Shown here piece by piece: positions 1 through 8,375 of a DNA stretch of 32,000 nucleotides. Source of the DNA: Cereibacter sphaeroides 2.4.1 (GTDB lineage: Bacteria; Pseudomonadota; Alphaproteobacteria; Rhodobacterales; Rhodobacteraceae); contig NC_009007.1 of the NCBI RefSeq assembly GCF_000012905.2, positions 1-32,000 of the forward strand. Direction: 5' to 3'. Numbering within the stretch: position 1 is the first letter of the stretch; each line of letters opens with the position of its first letter. Position numbers and translations under genes: made by a program. Below the pieces are notes generated by a model. It made no database searches, was not told where the DNA came from, and saw only the letters and a program-made list of their open reading frames with translations.

Positions 1-699
1 GCTGTGCTCTCGTGCCCCTGTCATCGGGCCCGAGAGAGCGAGAGCCAACCGCAACGGTTGTGCGAGCTGTGCCAGTACCCTGTCCTTGCTGTGTCGCACC
101 GGGGTGCCGTCCATTCTGCCCCGTTAGCTTCTCTGGTGTCGCGCTCCGTGCCCTTGACTTTCCGGCTGGTCGCCACTCTGTCAACCGTTCTTCCGATTCC
201 GGCCCTGACCTTCGCTCGGCCGATTCCGGGCACCGCCCGTTCGCCGACCCCATCTGGTCGCCCGGTCCCGCCGGGTGCCCCGCCGCGATTCCGCCGCCGG
301 ACGGCCCCTGCCCTCCCCCCCCGCCCCGTCGCGGCCCCCGAAGTCGCCCCGAAACCCGGCCCCGGCGCGGCGCTCGGCCCGAGCGGCCTGCGGAGCGGCG
401 AACGTCCCGCCGCGGAGAGCCCGAGCGCCGAAGAGACGCGCGGCCCGGGTCGTGCAGGAGACGCGCGGGCCGCAGACGCGCGGGCCGGAGAACTCCGCCC
501 CGGCAGGCCTGCCGATGCGGGCCGGGCGGGCGGCGGCCAAGGCTCAGGACAGGGCGACGGTTCCGGACCGGCGCGCGGCGCCGGGGGCTCAGGTCCGGCC
601 GGCAAGGCGGGCGGCAGGGGCCAGCCCGGCGGCGGCGGCAAGGCAGGCGAGGGCAAGACCGGCGAGGGCAAGGGCCGCATCCTGCCCTCCTCCTTCAAG

Positions 700-1839
700 G
701 TGCCGGCCGCCGCCCCCCGCGCCGCGGCGCGGCTGCGCCACCACGGCCTGCTCGCGAGCTTCCTCGGCCTCGTGCTGGCCCCGATCCTCGCGTCCGGCCT
801 CTATCTCTTCGCCATCGCCGAGGATCAATATACCTCGACCGTGGGCTTCTCGGTCCGCACCGAGGAGATGGGCTCGGCGCTCGATCTTCTGGGCGGGCTG
901 AGCAGCTTCGGCCTCACCGGCGGCGGCTCGGCCTCGGATTCCGACATCCTCTACCAGTTCATCCAGAGCCAGGAGCTGGTGCAGCGGATCAACGAGCGGA
1001 TCGACCTGCGCGCAATCTATTCGAAGCCCGGCTTCGATCCGGTCTTCAGCTTCGACCCCGACGGCGGGATCGAGGATCTGGTGGATTACTGGAAGGACAT
1101 GGTGCGGATCAGCTACGACAGCACCACCGGGCTGATCGAGCTGCGCGTCCATGCCTTCACGCCCGAGGACGCACAGGCGGTGGCGCAGGGGATCCTCGAC
1201 GAATCGAACCGGATGATCAACGACCTGTCGGCCATCGCCCGGGCCGATGCCACGCGCTATGCGCGCGAGGAGCTCGACAATGCGGTCGAACGGCTGCGCG
1301 TGCAGCGTGTCGCCATGACCGAATTCCGCTCGCGCACCCAGATCGTCGATCCCTCGGCCGACATCCAGGCCCAGATGGGCCTCCTGAACACGCTCCAGCA
1401 GCAGCTCGCGTCGGCCAGCATCGATCTCAACCTGCTGCGCCAGACCACCCAGCCGAGCGACCCGCGCATCGCCCAGAACGAACGGCGCATCGGGGTGATC
1501 GAGGAGCTGATCCAGCGCGAACGCGAGAAGTTCGGCCTGGGCGGCGGCACCGGCACCGGGGCCAGCACCTATTCCACCATGATCGCCGAGTTCGAGCGGC
1601 TGACCGTCGATCTCGACTTCGCCGAGAAGGCCTATATCGCCGCGCTCACGAACCACGACGCGGCCATCGCCGAGGCGCAGCGGATGAGCCGCTATCTCGC
1701 GACCTATGTCCGGCCCACCCTCGCCCAGCAGTCGCTCTATCCGCAGCGCGGCCTGCTCACGCTGATGATCGGCGGGTTCGCTCTCATGCTCTGGGCGATC
1801 GGGATGCTGATCTATTACAGCGTGCGCGACCGGCGCTGA
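700..1839 (+). CDS. kpsE: Capsule polysaccharide export inner-membrane protein, KpsE/RkpR-like (PCP-3 type); start uncertain
   Basis: The frame is open from 4 to the TGA at 1837-1839. The last ~380 aa have KpsE/CtrB architecture: an N-proximal TM helix (LLASFLGLVLAPILASGLYLFAIA) followed by AEDQYTSTVGFSVR, a long helical periplasmic region, and a C-terminal TM (LLTLMIGGFALMLWAIGMLIYY). No in-frame ATG precedes the first TM. GTG at 700 gives a KpsE-sized product. Region ~250-700 is Pro/Gly/Ala-rich but keeps high GC3 in this frame, so a longer N-terminal extension (e.g. GTG 136 or 148) cannot be excluded. Confidence 0.7.
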   Translation: MPAAAPRAAARLRHHGLLASFLGLVLAPILASGLYLFAIAEDQYTSTVGFSVRTEEMGSALDLLGGLSSFGLTGGGSASDSDILYQFIQSQELVQRINERIDLRAIYSKPGFDPVFSFDPDGGIEDLVDYWKDMVRISYDSTTGLIELRVHAFTPEDAQAVAQGILDESNRMINDLSAIARADATRYAREELDNAVERLRVQRVAMTEFRSRTQIVDPSADIQAQMGLLNTLQQQLASASIDLNLLRQTTQPSDPRIAQNERRIGVIEELIQREREKFGLGGGTGTGASTYSTMIAEFERLTVDLDFAEKAYIAALTNHDAAIAEAQRMSRYLATYVRPTLAQQSLYPQRGLLTLMIGGFALMLWAIGMLIYYSVRDRR

Positions 1840-1855
1840 GCGCGAAGGGCTGCCC

Positions 1856-2677
1856 ATGATCGAGCTGCGCAACGTCTCGAAGAGCTACGTCCTGAACGGG
1901 ACGCGCAAGGTGGTGGCGCGCGACCTGAACTTCACCTTCCCCTCGGGCGAGAGCGTGGGGCTTCTGGGGCGCAACGGGGCGGGCAAGTCGAGCCTTCTGC
2001 GGATGCTCGCGGGCACCATGCTGCCCGACACGGGCGAGATCCTTTCCAGCGGCACGATCTCCTGGCCGGTGGGCTTCTCGGGCAGCTTCCACCCCGAGCT
2101 CACCGGGGCGCAGAACGTGCGCTTCGTGGCCCGCCTCTACGGCGTCGATACCGAGGCGATGATCGCCTTCGTGCGCGACTTCGCCGAGATCGGCCAGCAT
2201 TTCCACCTGCCGGTGCGCAGCTATTCCTCGGGGATGCGCTCGCGGCTGGCCTTCGGCATCTCGATGGCGGTGCCCTTCGACACCTATCTCATCGACGAGG
2301 TGACGGCGGTGGGAGACGCAGCCTTCAGCGCCAAGAGCAACGCGATCCTGCGCGCGCGGCTGGAGGAGAGCGGAGCGGTGATCGTCTCGCACTCCATGCC
2401 GCTCTTGAAGAAGCTCTGCCGCTCGGGGGCGGTGCTCCACGACGGGCAGCTCTTCTATTACGAGCGCATCGAACAGGCGATCCGCCACCACGAGAGCATG
2501 ATGCGCGGCGCCCTGCCGCGCTGGATGCGGGGCGACCTCGACGAGGGCGAGGGCGAAGAGGCGGGTGCCGCCGCCCCCGGCCCCCGGGCCCGCGCCCGGG
2601 CCGGTGCGGCGCGGGCCGGGGGCGGGCGGGCCGCAAGGCCCGGCCCGGCTTCCGGGACGAGCGAGCCCCGAGGCTGA
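1856..2677 (+). CDS. kpsT: Capsule polysaccharide export ABC transporter ATP-binding protein KpsT
   Basis: ATG at 1856 lies 17 nt after the kpsE stop, with AAGGG upstream. Walker A is GRNGAGKSSLLR, the signature-like motif is YSSGMRSRLAF, and Walker B is TYLIDEV. The KpsT-typical N-terminus is MIELRNVSKSY. A ~50-aa Gly/Ala/Arg/Pro low-complexity C-terminal tail is atypical. Confidence 0.9.
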   Translation: MIELRNVSKSYVLNGTRKVVARDLNFTFPSGESVGLLGRNGAGKSSLLRMLAGTMLPDTGEILSSGTISWPVGFSGSFHPELTGAQNVRFVARLYGVDTEAMIAFVRDFAEIGQHFHLPVRSYSSGMRSRLAFGISMAVPFDTYLIDEVTAVGDAAFSAKSNAILRARLEESGAVIVSHSMPLLKKLCRSGAVLHDGQLFYYERIEQAIRHHESMMRGALPRWMRGDLDEGEGEEAGAAAPGPRARARAGAARAGGGRAARPGPASGTSEPRG

Positions 2678-2975
2678 CAGCCCGCCGCGCGGAGAGGATC
2701 GCCGGTCCCGGAGCCTCGCCTCTCCGGGGTCCACGGCCCGCAGCGAACCCCTGCCCTCCCAAAGCCTCGACCGTTCCGCGCCGCTTCGGCTGTCGCCCCC
2801 GGCTCTTCCCGCTCGCTCTCAGCGACCACCGATGCGCGGCTCCGGTCGAACGTGCGGTACTCCGTCGTTTCGCAACGAACTTCTACGCTGCGGGTGCCAT
2901 GGAAATGGCCGATAGTCCCCCGGAGGATCTCCGGGCCGCAGCGATCTCCGCAGCCCGCCTGCCCCGACAGCCGGC

Positions 2976-4091
2976 TTACCCTTCGCTCGCGAGCCAATCG
3001 CGCAGTCGCGCGCGGAAGGTCTCGTCGACCGCCGGGCCGTAGAGGTGGAGTGACCCGGCGCCCTCGGCCTTCAGGAAGAGACCGGGGCGCAGTTCGGCCG
3101 CCGGGGCCGGCGGTCGCGTCGAACGCGGCTGCGCCGGAGCGGGGTCAGGAGCGGGAGCGGGGGCAGGGGCGTCCGGCGCCGGGTCGGGCGCGGACGGACG
3201 GGCCGGCTCCTGCTCCGGCGCCGCCTCCGCCGCGGGGGCCAGAAGGTCCGCGATCAGCGCAAGCTCGGCCTCGGCGCTGTCCGGCGCGGCGGCCGCGAGC
3301 GCCGCCGTGATCTTGGCTGCGACGCCGGGTTCCTCCTCGAGCCGCCGGGCGAGCGCCAGCCCCAGCCGTTCGGGCAGCGCCGAGGGGTAGCGCAGCGCCC
3401 CTTCCAGCGCGCGGTAGATCCCGAGGAACGAGCCGATCTTCGACCGTTTGGCCCGGCTCGCCGAGCCATAGAGCTGCTGGAGCGCGAGCTTGTCGGTGGC
3501 AAAGACCCCCGCCTCCACCGCCTTGGCCGCGATGCGCGCGCGCTCGAAATAGGACAGGCCGGCCCGGATCTCGTTCTCCTCGACCATGGCCACATAGGCC
3601 GCGGCCGCCGTGTCCGGCCGGCGCAGGAGCGCCAGCACCGTCGCGAACCGCTCCTCGCCGGTCTCGGCATGGAGACGGCGCAGCGCGGTGACCCGCCGCC
3701 AGCCCGAGATCAGGCCGAAGCGGCCCTCGCCCATGTCGGTGACCTCGATCGGGCTGCGCTGGCCATGGGCCGAAAGGCTGGTCATCAGGCTCGCCAGCTC
3801 CTCGGCCTCGAGGCCGATCCGGTCGCGGACGAGCCAGCCCTCCTCGATCCGGTCGAGCTCGAGCCGCAGCACGAGCCGCCCCTCGCTGCGGGCGGCGCCG
3901 AGCTCCTCGGCCACCTCGCGCAGCGCCGCCGTGGCCGCCGCCTCGCCCGTCACCCGGCTGATCGGCGCGGGCGCAAGCCCGGGCCCCAGAGCCGGGGGCG
4001 AAGCCGGGGCAGGGGAGGCCTCCGAAGCCGAGGCCGGGCCGGGGGCGAAGCCGCCGAGGGGGGGCAGTGTCAGTCGCTTGCGCTTGGCCAT
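2976..4091 (-). CDS. parB: ParB-family partition protein (plasmid/chromid type)
   Basis: ATG at 4091 (MAKRKRLTLPP) is in frame with the 2976..4358 ORF. ParB-box motifs are present (RSPIEV, GRFGLISGWRRVTALRRL, AYVAMVEENEIRAGLSYFERA). It sits immediately downstream of parA. It has a PAPAPAP-type linker before a small C-terminal domain. Confidence 0.85.
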   Translation of the reverse strand: MAKRKRLTLPPLGGFAPGPASASEASPAPASPPALGPGLAPAPISRVTGEAAATAALREVAEELGAARSEGRLVLRLELDRIEEGWLVRDRIGLEAEELASLMTSLSAHGQRSPIEVTDMGEGRFGLISGWRRVTALRRLHAETGEERFATVLALLRRPDTAAAAYVAMVEENEIRAGLSYFERARIAAKAVEAGVFATDKLALQQLYGSASRAKRSKIGSFLGIYRALEGALRYPSALPERLGLALARRLEEEPGVAAKITAALAAAAPDSAEAELALIADLLAPAAEAAPEQEPARPSAPDPAPDAPAPAPAPDPAPAQPRSTRPPAPAAELRPGLFLKAEGAGSLHLYGPAVDETFRARLRDWLASEG

Positions 4092-4124
4092 GGGCCCGTC
4101 TCTCCTGTCGTTCGGGCGGAGGAT

Positions 4125-4144
4125 TTGTTTCGCGCGCGAAACAA
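4125..4144. promoter_or_regulatory. Candidate parS centromere site, copy 1 (perfect 20-bp palindrome TTGTTTCGCGCGCGAAACAA)
   Basis: Perfect self-complementary 20-mer read directly from the sequence. It is part of a 23-bp direct repeat, GATTTGTTTCGCGCGCGAAACAA (4122-4144 and 4178-4200), in the 124-bp parA-parB spacer. The core GTTTCGCGCGCGAAAC resembles, but does not exactly match, the 16-bp GTT...AAC parS palindromes of alphaproteobacterial repABC-type partition systems. Confidence 0.6.
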
Positions 4145-4180
4145 TTTGCCCCCGCCGTGCCGCCCTGCCGACCCCCCGAT

Positions 4181-4200
4181 TTGTTTCGCGCGCGAAACAA
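4181..4200. promoter_or_regulatory. Candidate parS centromere site, copy 2 (identical 20-bp palindrome)
   Basis: Identical 20-bp palindrome, 56 bp from copy 1. It ends 15 bp before the parA stop codon (4216-4218). Confidence 0.6.
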
Positions 4201-4215
4201 CCGGGGCCCGGGCGC

Positions 4216-5670
4216 TCACTCCGCGGCGTCGGCCGCCGCCAGCTCCTCGCGCCGCCAGATGCCCACCAGAAGCCGCTTGAAGGCGGCATAGGTCGCATCG
4301 AAAGTCTCGCGGCCGCGGATGTAGGTGTCGCGATTGAAGTCGCGGTAATCGGCCTCATAGATCCCGTTCACCTGCTCGCCGGCCTGCCCGATCAGCGCGG
4401 TGAAATCCTGCCGCTCGGGCGCCATGGTGCGGCCCATGTAGGCCTGCATCAGGGCCGCCATCTCGGCCTGCTGCGCCCCGTCGTAGCGGGTGAGCACGGC
4501 GCGCACCGCATCCCATTCGAAGGCCAGCTCCTCGCGCCCGAGCGCGCGGGCGGCGATGTTCTCGCCCTCCTCGATCGAGCGGAAGGTCGAATGCAGCATG
4601 TCGAAGAAGCGGCCCGTCGAATCGAACTCGAGGAAGGAGGCGCCGAGCGGCACCAGCAGGATGTCGGCCGCCGCGAGCCCGTTGATCGTGAGATAGCCGA
4701 GCGCCGGCGGCGTATCGAGGAAGATCACGTCGTAGCGGTCGAGCACCCCGTCCTCGGCCAGCACGTCGGTCAGCGCATCCCAGAGCTTCCAGCTGCGCCC
4801 CTGCATCCGCCAGACCGGGATCTGGAACTCGGCCCAGTAGAGGTTCAGCTGCGCGCCGATCAGGTCGATGTTGGGCCAGTGGGTCTTCGCGATCAGGTCG
4901 CCCGCGCGGATCTTCTGCGCCTCGGTCAGCGTCTCGTCCATCGGCACCGGCGGGTCGCCGCGGGCCACGCGGGCCCGGTTCTCGGCCTGCAGATGCGCCG
5001 CATAATGGCGGGCGAGGAGCGGGAAGACCGTGCCCCATTCGTCGGCCACCCGGCCGCCGAAGATCGAGGTCATCGAGCCCTGACTGTCCAGATCGATCAC
5101 CAGCACCCGGTAGCCGTCGAGCGCCGCCGACATGGCCAGATGGGCGGCGGTCGAGGTCTTGCCCACCCCGCCCTTGAAGTTCGCCACCGCCACCAGCTTG
5201 GCAGGCAGCCCCGCGGGGCGGTAGGGGCGGTATTCCTTGGCCTTCGACCCTTCGGCCGCGAAATGGGCGCGCAGCCGCAGCACCTCGTCGAGCGTGAACC
5301 ATTTGGCCCCGCCCTCGGTCTCGGAGATGCCCTGCGGCAGGTCGGGGTTGGCCTTCAGCACCCGGCGGAAATGGGCGGTCGCGACCGGGATCAGATAGCG
5401 GGTGATCTCCCAGGTCGAGAACAGCCGGAGGCTGCGACGGCCCTCGGCATCGAGCCCGCGCGCCGCCAGATCGTCCCGGCCCTGCGCGCAGGAGCGGGCG
5501 ATCTCGGCGAAGCCCGCGGTGGTCAGCGGCGCCTCGAGCTCGGCCAGCGCCGCGTCGGGAGAGATGTTGAAATAGGGCGGCAGGGGCACCTGCGGCTCGC
5601 GCGCGGGCGGGCTCTTCCGCATCTCCACGCGGCCGCGCCCGGCCGTCTTCCGTCCCCTGGTCTCGGCCAT
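4216..5670 (-). CDS. parA: ParA-family partition ATPase (type Ia, RepA-of-repABC-like, long N-terminal domain)
   Basis: ATG at 5670 (MAETRGRK) is in frame; an alternative ATG lies 16 codons downstream. Deviant Walker A is VANFKGGVGKTSTAAHLA, followed by VLVIDLDSQGS and VIFLDTPPALG. The ~170-aa N-terminal extension is typical of plasmid type Ia ParA. Confidence 0.85.
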   Translation of the reverse strand: MAETRGRKTAGRGRVEMRKSPPAREPQVPLPPYFNISPDAALAELEAPLTTAGFAEIARSCAQGRDDLAARGLDAEGRRSLRLFSTWEITRYLIPVATAHFRRVLKANPDLPQGISETEGGAKWFTLDEVLRLRAHFAAEGSKAKEYRPYRPAGLPAKLVAVANFKGGVGKTSTAAHLAMSAALDGYRVLVIDLDSQGSMTSIFGGRVADEWGTVFPLLARHYAAHLQAENRARVARGDPPVPMDETLTEAQKIRAGDLIAKTHWPNIDLIGAQLNLYWAEFQIPVWRMQGRSWKLWDALTDVLAEDGVLDRYDVIFLDTPPALGYLTINGLAAADILLVPLGASFLEFDSTGRFFDMLHSTFRSIEEGENIAARALGREELAFEWDAVRAVLTRYDGAQQAEMAALMQAYMGRTMAPERQDFTALIGQAGEQVNGIYEADYRDFNRDTYIRGRETFDATYAAFKRLLVGIWRREELAAADAAE

Positions 5671-5843
5671 GCCTGTTCCCTTTTCCGGGTTCGTCTGCTC
5701 GCTTTCGGCAGAAGTATCACCTTTTTGCGGATATGGCAATTTTCTGCGCACATCGCCCGGCAACTTTCTGGTTTTTCTAAGCGATTCCCGCGCTTGGCAT
5801 CGCACGGGGGGCGGGGGCCGCTCAAGCGCCGTGGCCTGCCTGC

Positions 5844-5874
5844 ATCAGTTAGTTTTGGGTTATATATAGTTACA
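5844..5874. other. AT-rich patch (candidate DNA-unwinding element of oriV)
   Basis: ATCAGTTAGTTTTGGGTTATATATAGTTACA is the most AT-rich stretch I see in an otherwise very GC-rich window. It lies in the divergent parA/repA control region next to the phased direct repeats. Confidence 0.45.
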
Positions 5875-5936
5875 GGCTCCGGCGGATTCGGCCAAGTGCT
5901 TGAGGAGACGCGGGAAAGGGGAGGTTCCGGGAAGCC

Positions 5937-6001
5937 TCTCCGACTCCGGAACCCCGAAGATCCGACTCCGAAGCCACGCTTCTCCGACTCCGGAACCCCG
6001 A
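5937..6001. repeat. Candidate iterons: TCCGACTCCG(G/A)A x3 at exact 22-bp phasing; the outer two copies extend to a 21-bp direct repeat
   Basis: TCCGACTCCG starts at 5939, 5961 and 5983, a spacing of 22 and 22 bp. TCTCCGACTCCGGAACCCCGA is repeated exactly at 5937-5957 and 5981-6001. The repeats sit ~360 bp upstream of the replication initiator gene. Confidence 0.5.
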
Positions 6002-6360
6002 TCTTTCGCCCCGGCGCGCGCGCCCCGTGCTGGACGGACGGGGCCGCTTGCGCATAGGCTCGGTGTCATCGAAACCACGAAGGCGCGCGCACATCCCGGG
6101 GACACATCGGGGGGCCGCACCGTCGAGCAGGCACAGGCAGCGCGATGCAGGAAACAGGCGGACGGCGGACAGCCGCCCCGCGAACGGGTGCGCGGAAGCG
6201 CGCCGCGGGACCGGACCCTTCGGTGAACCCGGCCGGGCAGGATACGGCAGCAGAGACCCTTGCCGACGGGGCAGGCCCCGTGGCCCGCGGGCGGAGCCGG
6301 TCGCGCGGGGCAGGGGCCCCCGAGCCGTCCCTTCCCGAGACGGCGGACCGCACGCCCGAA

Positions 6361-7323
6361 ATGGCGGACTTCTTCATCTGCGACATCCTCGATGCCCTGC
6401 CCAAGGACGACATGGCCTCGATGGAGCATCCGGTCTTCTCGCTCGCGACCCGCCCCGACCTGCGCGTGCTCGACTATGCCCACAACGGGGTCAGGATCAC
6501 CGTGACCCCTTCCGTGCGGGGGCTCGCCACCCTCTTCGACAAGGACATCCTGATCTACTGCGTGAGCCAGCTCATGGCCGCGCTGAACGCCGGGCGCGCC
6601 ATCAGCCGGACGCTGCATCTGACCGCGCACGACCTGATGACGGCCACCCACCGCGAGACCAGCGGCGACGGCTACCAGCGGCTGCGCGAGGCCTTCGAGC
6701 GGCTGGCGGGCACGCGCATCACCACCAACATGGAGGTGGGCGGGCGCGAGATCACCACGGGCTTCGGCCTGATCGAGAGCTGGCAGATCGTGCGCCGCAG
6801 CCGGGGCGGGCGCATGGTGCAGGTGATGGTGACGCTGTCGGAATGGCTGTTCCAGGCGGTGCTCACGAAATCGGTGCTCACGCTCAGCCGCGACTATTTC
6901 CGGCTCAGAAAGCCGCTCGAGCGGCGGATCTACGAACTCGCCCGCAAGCACTGCGGCCAGCAGCCCGAATGGCGGGTCTCGATCGCCACGCTCGCCAAGA
7001 AGTCGGGCTCGGCCTCGCCGCTGCGGGTCTTCCGCAAGATGATCCGCGACATGATCGCGGCCGACAGCCTGCCGGGCTACAGCCTCGCCGAGGAGCCGGG
7101 CGACCTGCTCTGCGTCACCCGCCGCGCGGCGGTGCTGGCGCCGGGCCTCGCGCCCGCGCTGCGCGACACCACGCTCGAGCGGGTGCGGGCGCGGATGCCG
7201 GGCTGGGATGTCCATGCGCTGGTGGCCGAATGGCACGCCTTCTGGCACTCGAGCGGCCAGCCCCGGCTGAGATCCGCCGATGCGGCCTTCCTCGGCTGGA
7301 TCGAGCGTCGGGTGCCGGGCTGA
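6361..7323 (+). CDS. repA: Replication initiator protein A (RPA family, PF10134-like; RepA-type replicon of Rhodobacterales)
   Basis: ATG at 6361. The N-terminus MADFFICDILDALPKDDMASMEHPVFSLATRPD, plus GLATLFDKDILIYCVSQLMAA, FGLIESW, YFRLRKPLERRIYELARKHCG, are the hallmark motifs of the RPA replication-initiator family as I recall them. It is divergent from parAB. The upstream part of the 6145 ORF is Arg/Gly/Pro low-complexity and not needed. Confidence 0.85.
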   Translation: MADFFICDILDALPKDDMASMEHPVFSLATRPDLRVLDYAHNGVRITVTPSVRGLATLFDKDILIYCVSQLMAALNAGRAISRTLHLTAHDLMTATHRETSGDGYQRLREAFERLAGTRITTNMEVGGREITTGFGLIESWQIVRRSRGGRMVQVMVTLSEWLFQAVLTKSVLTLSRDYFRLRKPLERRIYELARKHCGQQPEWRVSIATLAKKSGSASPLRVFRKMIRDMIAADSLPGYSLAEEPGDLLCVTRRAAVLAPGLAPALRDTTLERVRARMPGWDVHALVAEWHAFWHSSGQPRLRSADAAFLGWIERRVPG

Positions 7324-7373
7324 CCCCGCCATTTCCCCCTGCCCATGCCGCGCCGCGGCGTTATAGGTACGTC

Positions 7374-8312
7374 ATGACCGACGCCCCGCCTCCCCGGATC
7401 GCGCTCCTTCTGGCCACCTACAACGGAGCGGCCAATCTCGAGGCGCAGCTCGAGAGCTTCGCGGCCCAGACCCTGCGCCCGACCTGGCTCGTGGTGAGCG
7501 ACGACGGCTCGACCGATGCCACCCGGGCGCTCCTCGCAGCCTTCGCCGCCCGTCACCCCTGGCTCGCGCTGCGGCTCGTCGAGGGGCCCTGCCGGGGGTC
7601 GGCGCAGAACTTCCTCCATCTCCTGGGCCAGGTGCCGCCCGAGGCCGACATGGCCGCCCTCTCGGATCAGGACGATGTCTGGCTGCCCGAGAAGCTCGCC
7701 CGCGGCGCGGCGGCGATGGCCGATCTGCCCGCGGACCTGCCCGTCCTCTACGGCGGCTCGAGCTGGATCTGCGACGCGGAGCTCGGCAACCGCCGGCCCT
7801 ATCCGCTGCCCGTCCGCCCGCCGGGCTTCCGCCATGCGCTGGTCCAGAACATCGCCGGCGGCAACACGATGATGCTGAACCGCGGTGCGATCGCGCTGCT
7901 CGCCGCCGCCAGCCGCGAGCCCGAGCGGATCGTCGTCCATGACTGGTGGATCTACCAGATCGTCTCGGGCGCGGGCGGGCGGGTGATCTTCGATCCGGTG
8001 CCGCTCCTGCTCTATCGCCAGCACGGCGGCAACCTGATCGGGGCGAACGACGGGTTCCGCGCCAAATACCGGCGGCTGAGGATGCTGCTGAGCGGCGGCT
8101 TCCGGCAGTGGAACGCGATCAACATCCGCGCGCTCTCCGCCTCGGCGCACCGTTTCACCCCCGAGAACCGCCGGCTTCTGGCCGAGTTCGAGGCGCTGCG
8201 CCGCGCCGGCCCCTGGGGGCGGCTCCGGCAGCTGAAGCGGATCGGCCTCTACCGGCAGGGGCTGCCGGGGCGGCTCTCGCTCTGGCTGGCCGCGGTGCTG
8301 GGGCGGATCTGA
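7374..8312 (+). CDS. Family 2 glycosyltransferase (rhamnosyltransferase-like)
   Basis: ATG at 7374 (MTDAPPPRIALLLATYNGAANLEAQLESFAAQT). GT-A motifs are VVSDDGSTD and LSDQDDVWLPEKL. It is first in the same-strand series with rmlCBDA. The 5' part of the 6027..8312 ORF overlaps repA out of frame and is discarded. Confidence 0.85.
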   Translation: MTDAPPPRIALLLATYNGAANLEAQLESFAAQTLRPTWLVVSDDGSTDATRALLAAFAARHPWLALRLVEGPCRGSAQNFLHLLGQVPPEADMAALSDQDDVWLPEKLARGAAAMADLPADLPVLYGGSSWICDAELGNRRPYPLPVRPPGFRHALVQNIAGGNTMMLNRGAIALLAAASREPERIVVHDWWIYQIVSGAGGRVIFDPVPLLLYRQHGGNLIGANDGFRAKYRRLRMLLSGGFRQWNAINIRALSASAHRFTPENRRLLAEFEALRRAGPWGRLRQLKRIGLYRQGLPGRLSLWLAAVLGRI

Positions 8313-8375
8313 GGTGCGTGGACAACCTGCGGATGAGACCTTATTCCAGACAGCATAAAGACAGGGGAATTTCGG

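Noticed and set aside
193-229. CCGATTCCGG repeated at 193-202 and 220-229 upstream of kpsE; also TTGACT at 154-159
   Set aside because: These are short, only two copies, in a region whose coding status is unresolved. No convincing -10 partner was found. The evidence is too weak to call a regulatory site.
12-1872. Alternative-frame ORFs over the kpsE region (12..1859 +, 589..1872 -, 21..698 -, 275..901 +)
   Set aside because: They are Arg/Pro-rich translations without domains. Only the frame starting at position 4 yields the KpsE-like TM and periplasmic architecture.
2678-2975. Possible terminator between convergent kpsT and parB (GGAGAGG ... CCTCTCC inverted repeat around 2691-2724)
   Set aside because: The loop is about 21 nt and there is no T-tract. 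It is not convincing as an intrinsic terminator.
3610-6057. 815-aa plus-strand ORF across the parB/parA region
   Set aside because: It is antisense to two well-supported partition genes. Its composition is Arg/Gly/Pro/Ala low-complexity, with no recognisable motifs. It is a typical high-GC shadow ORF.
6027-7373. 5' extensions of track ORFs that fuse unrelated upstream sequence to real genes (6027..8312 for GT2; also 12566..14605 for kdsA, 29777..31126 for lrp, 6145..6360 for repA)
   Set aside because: The extensions overlap neighbouring genes out of frame or are low-complexity. Conserved N-termini and ATG/GTG starts with plausible ribosome-binding sites define shorter genes.
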